DNA of 43,525 nucleotides. It comes from a virus. Taxonomy: Duplodnaviria > Caudoviricetes. The stretch's first letter is position 1. Every line of letters starts with the position of its first letter. Shown here piece after piece: positions 42,793-43,525 of this stretch. The notes beneath the pieces are model-generated. The model made no database searches. It had not been told where the DNA came from and saw only the letters and a program-made list of their open reading frames with translations. The translations under genes were made by a program, and so were the position numbers. The stretch spans positions 1 through 43,525 of the IMG/VR virus record IMGVR_UViG_3300010218_000017; one strand, given 5' to 3'.

Positions 42793-42924
42793 TCTGAACT
42801 TAACCTCTTCTTAAAGAACACATTGGCATTACCCCTCGGGTGTGTCAATGTGAACTAGGAATGTTTTCCTTTATGTGGGATGTCGTAGCATAGTGCTGGG
42901 CGTTAGTTCTCCTTTCTTATTGTC

Positions 42925-43080
42925 TTAAAGCTGGCCTTGAGCCAACCACAAGCATAGGCCCCAGAAGGTCAGGCAGCTCATCACCATCCCAGCCCAGACG
43001 AGATGTCTGAACGTTGCGTCTTCCTGGAGATGGTGCTTGTCGGCCCACTCGTGGTCGTGCGGTAGGACGTTACGGCTCAT
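42925..43080 (-). CDS. Small protein with C-terminal TM helix (start revised to MSRNVLPH)
   Basis: GAGG RBS; [21 protein letters not shown] hydrophobic segment. Confidence 0.6.
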   Translation of the reverse strand: MSRNVLPHDHEWADKHHLQEDATFRHLVWAGMVMSCLTFWGLCLWLAQGQL

Positions 43081-43525
43081 GCCGCGACCTCGGCCGTGTG
43101 ACTTCTGGTGCTCTCGCCGGGTTGACCTCGATGAGCCTGAGGACAAGCCCCAGGTTCCGCTCTGCCCAGGCCAACGCTTGGCCGTCCATTGCAGCAATCC
43201 ACCTACGGCCTGCAGGTGTATCCCACTTCTGCCAATTCTCGATGGCGTGCCTTTGGCAACCTATCTGCAAGGTGTCATGTGTGTAACCAATAGGCCACGT
43301 GTCGATCTGCATGGTCTTGATGTCGGACATATTGCCATATGCCCGTAGGTCCGCGCCACTGAGGTTCGCGCCCGCGAGGTTCGCGCTCCTGAGGTCCGCG
43401 CTCCAGAGGTCCGCGCTCCTGAGGTCCGCGCTCCTGAGGTCCGCGCTCCAGAGGTCCGCGCTCCTGAGGTTCGCGCCACTGAGGTACGCGCTCCTGAGGT
43501 CCGCGCCACTGAGGTCCGCGCCACT
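43070..43525 (-). CDS. Pentapeptide-repeat protein, C-terminal part (repeats plus a [16 protein letters not shown] domain)
   Basis: ORF 43070-43330 stays open in frame to 43525, reading [32 protein letters not shown]...; same repeat as positions 1-75. Confidence 0.85.
   Translation of the reverse strand, partial: SGADLSGADLRSAYLSGANLRSADLWSADLRSADLRSADLWSADLRSANLAGANLSGADLRAYGNMSDIKTMQIDTWPIGYTHDTLQIGCQRHAIENWQKWDTPAGRRWIAAMDGQALAWAERNLGLVLRLIEVNPARAPEVTRPRSRHEP
43346..43525. repeat. 15-nt tandem repeat (GAGGTCCGCGCTCCT-like) encoding pentapeptide repeats; also at 1-75
   Basis: Imperfect 15-nt units directly visible at both window ends. Confidence 0.95.

Larger units (their letters stand above)
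1..43525 (-). mobile_element. Near-complete temperate T7-like (Autographiviridae-type) phage genome, circularly permuted
   Basis: Full T7 core synteny with its own RNAP, plus integrase, regulator and tRNA; no host genes at either end; both ends fall in the same repeat gene. Confidence 0.93.

Noticed and set aside
43346-43525. Tandem repeats at the window ends as a CRISPR array, terminal repeat or the ARTSG-repeat ORF 43261-43524
   Set aside because: No spacers; the 15-nt units encode pentapeptide repeats in another frame, and the ARTSG frame is an off-frame reading
1-43525. Reverse transcriptase/DGR, retron, CRISPR-Cas, toxin-antitoxin or DNA-modification (purZ, methylase) systems
   Set aside because: No ORF shows the diagnostic motifs by eye; small hypothetical genes could still hide unrecognised functions

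Overview
The window is an essentially complete ~43.5 kb genome of a T7-like podovirus (Autographiviridae-type). It appears temperate, and an alphaproteobacterial host is only my inference from gene style and promoter-like motifs. All protein genes lie on the - strand. The contig is circularly permuted and broken inside the 15-nt repeats of a pentapeptide-repeat gene (1-206 and 43070-43525). In transcription order the genome reads: putative terminal non-coding region (~2830-3780); small early genes (2580 to 274, wrapping to 41885); MarR-like winged-helix regulator; tyrosine integrase; a complete antisense tRNA-Leu(TAG), likely the attP region; small genes; single-subunit RNA polymerase; replication genes (SSB, endonuclease I, amidase, primase-helicase, PolA, exonuclease); portal, scaffold, a holin-like gene, capsid, tail tubes, ejectosome proteins, tailspike, TerS and TerL. 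The most notable signals are four. (1) About 16 oriented intergenic copies of a CTA(C)AACATTCCACAC motif occur not only before late genes but before most early genes, before the RNAP gene itself, on both sides of the tRNA/attP and overlapping host-type promoters. Together with the MarR regulator and integrase this is a candidate lysis/lysogeny control system. (2) The PolA has its steric-gate Glu replaced by Gln together with Tyr>Phe in motif B. (3) One ejectosome protein carries two different peptidoglycan hydrolases. (4) A holin-like gene sits between scaffold and capsid, and several unannotated small membrane proteins are scattered through the genome. All functional calls come from motif recognition and synteny by eye; no searches were run.
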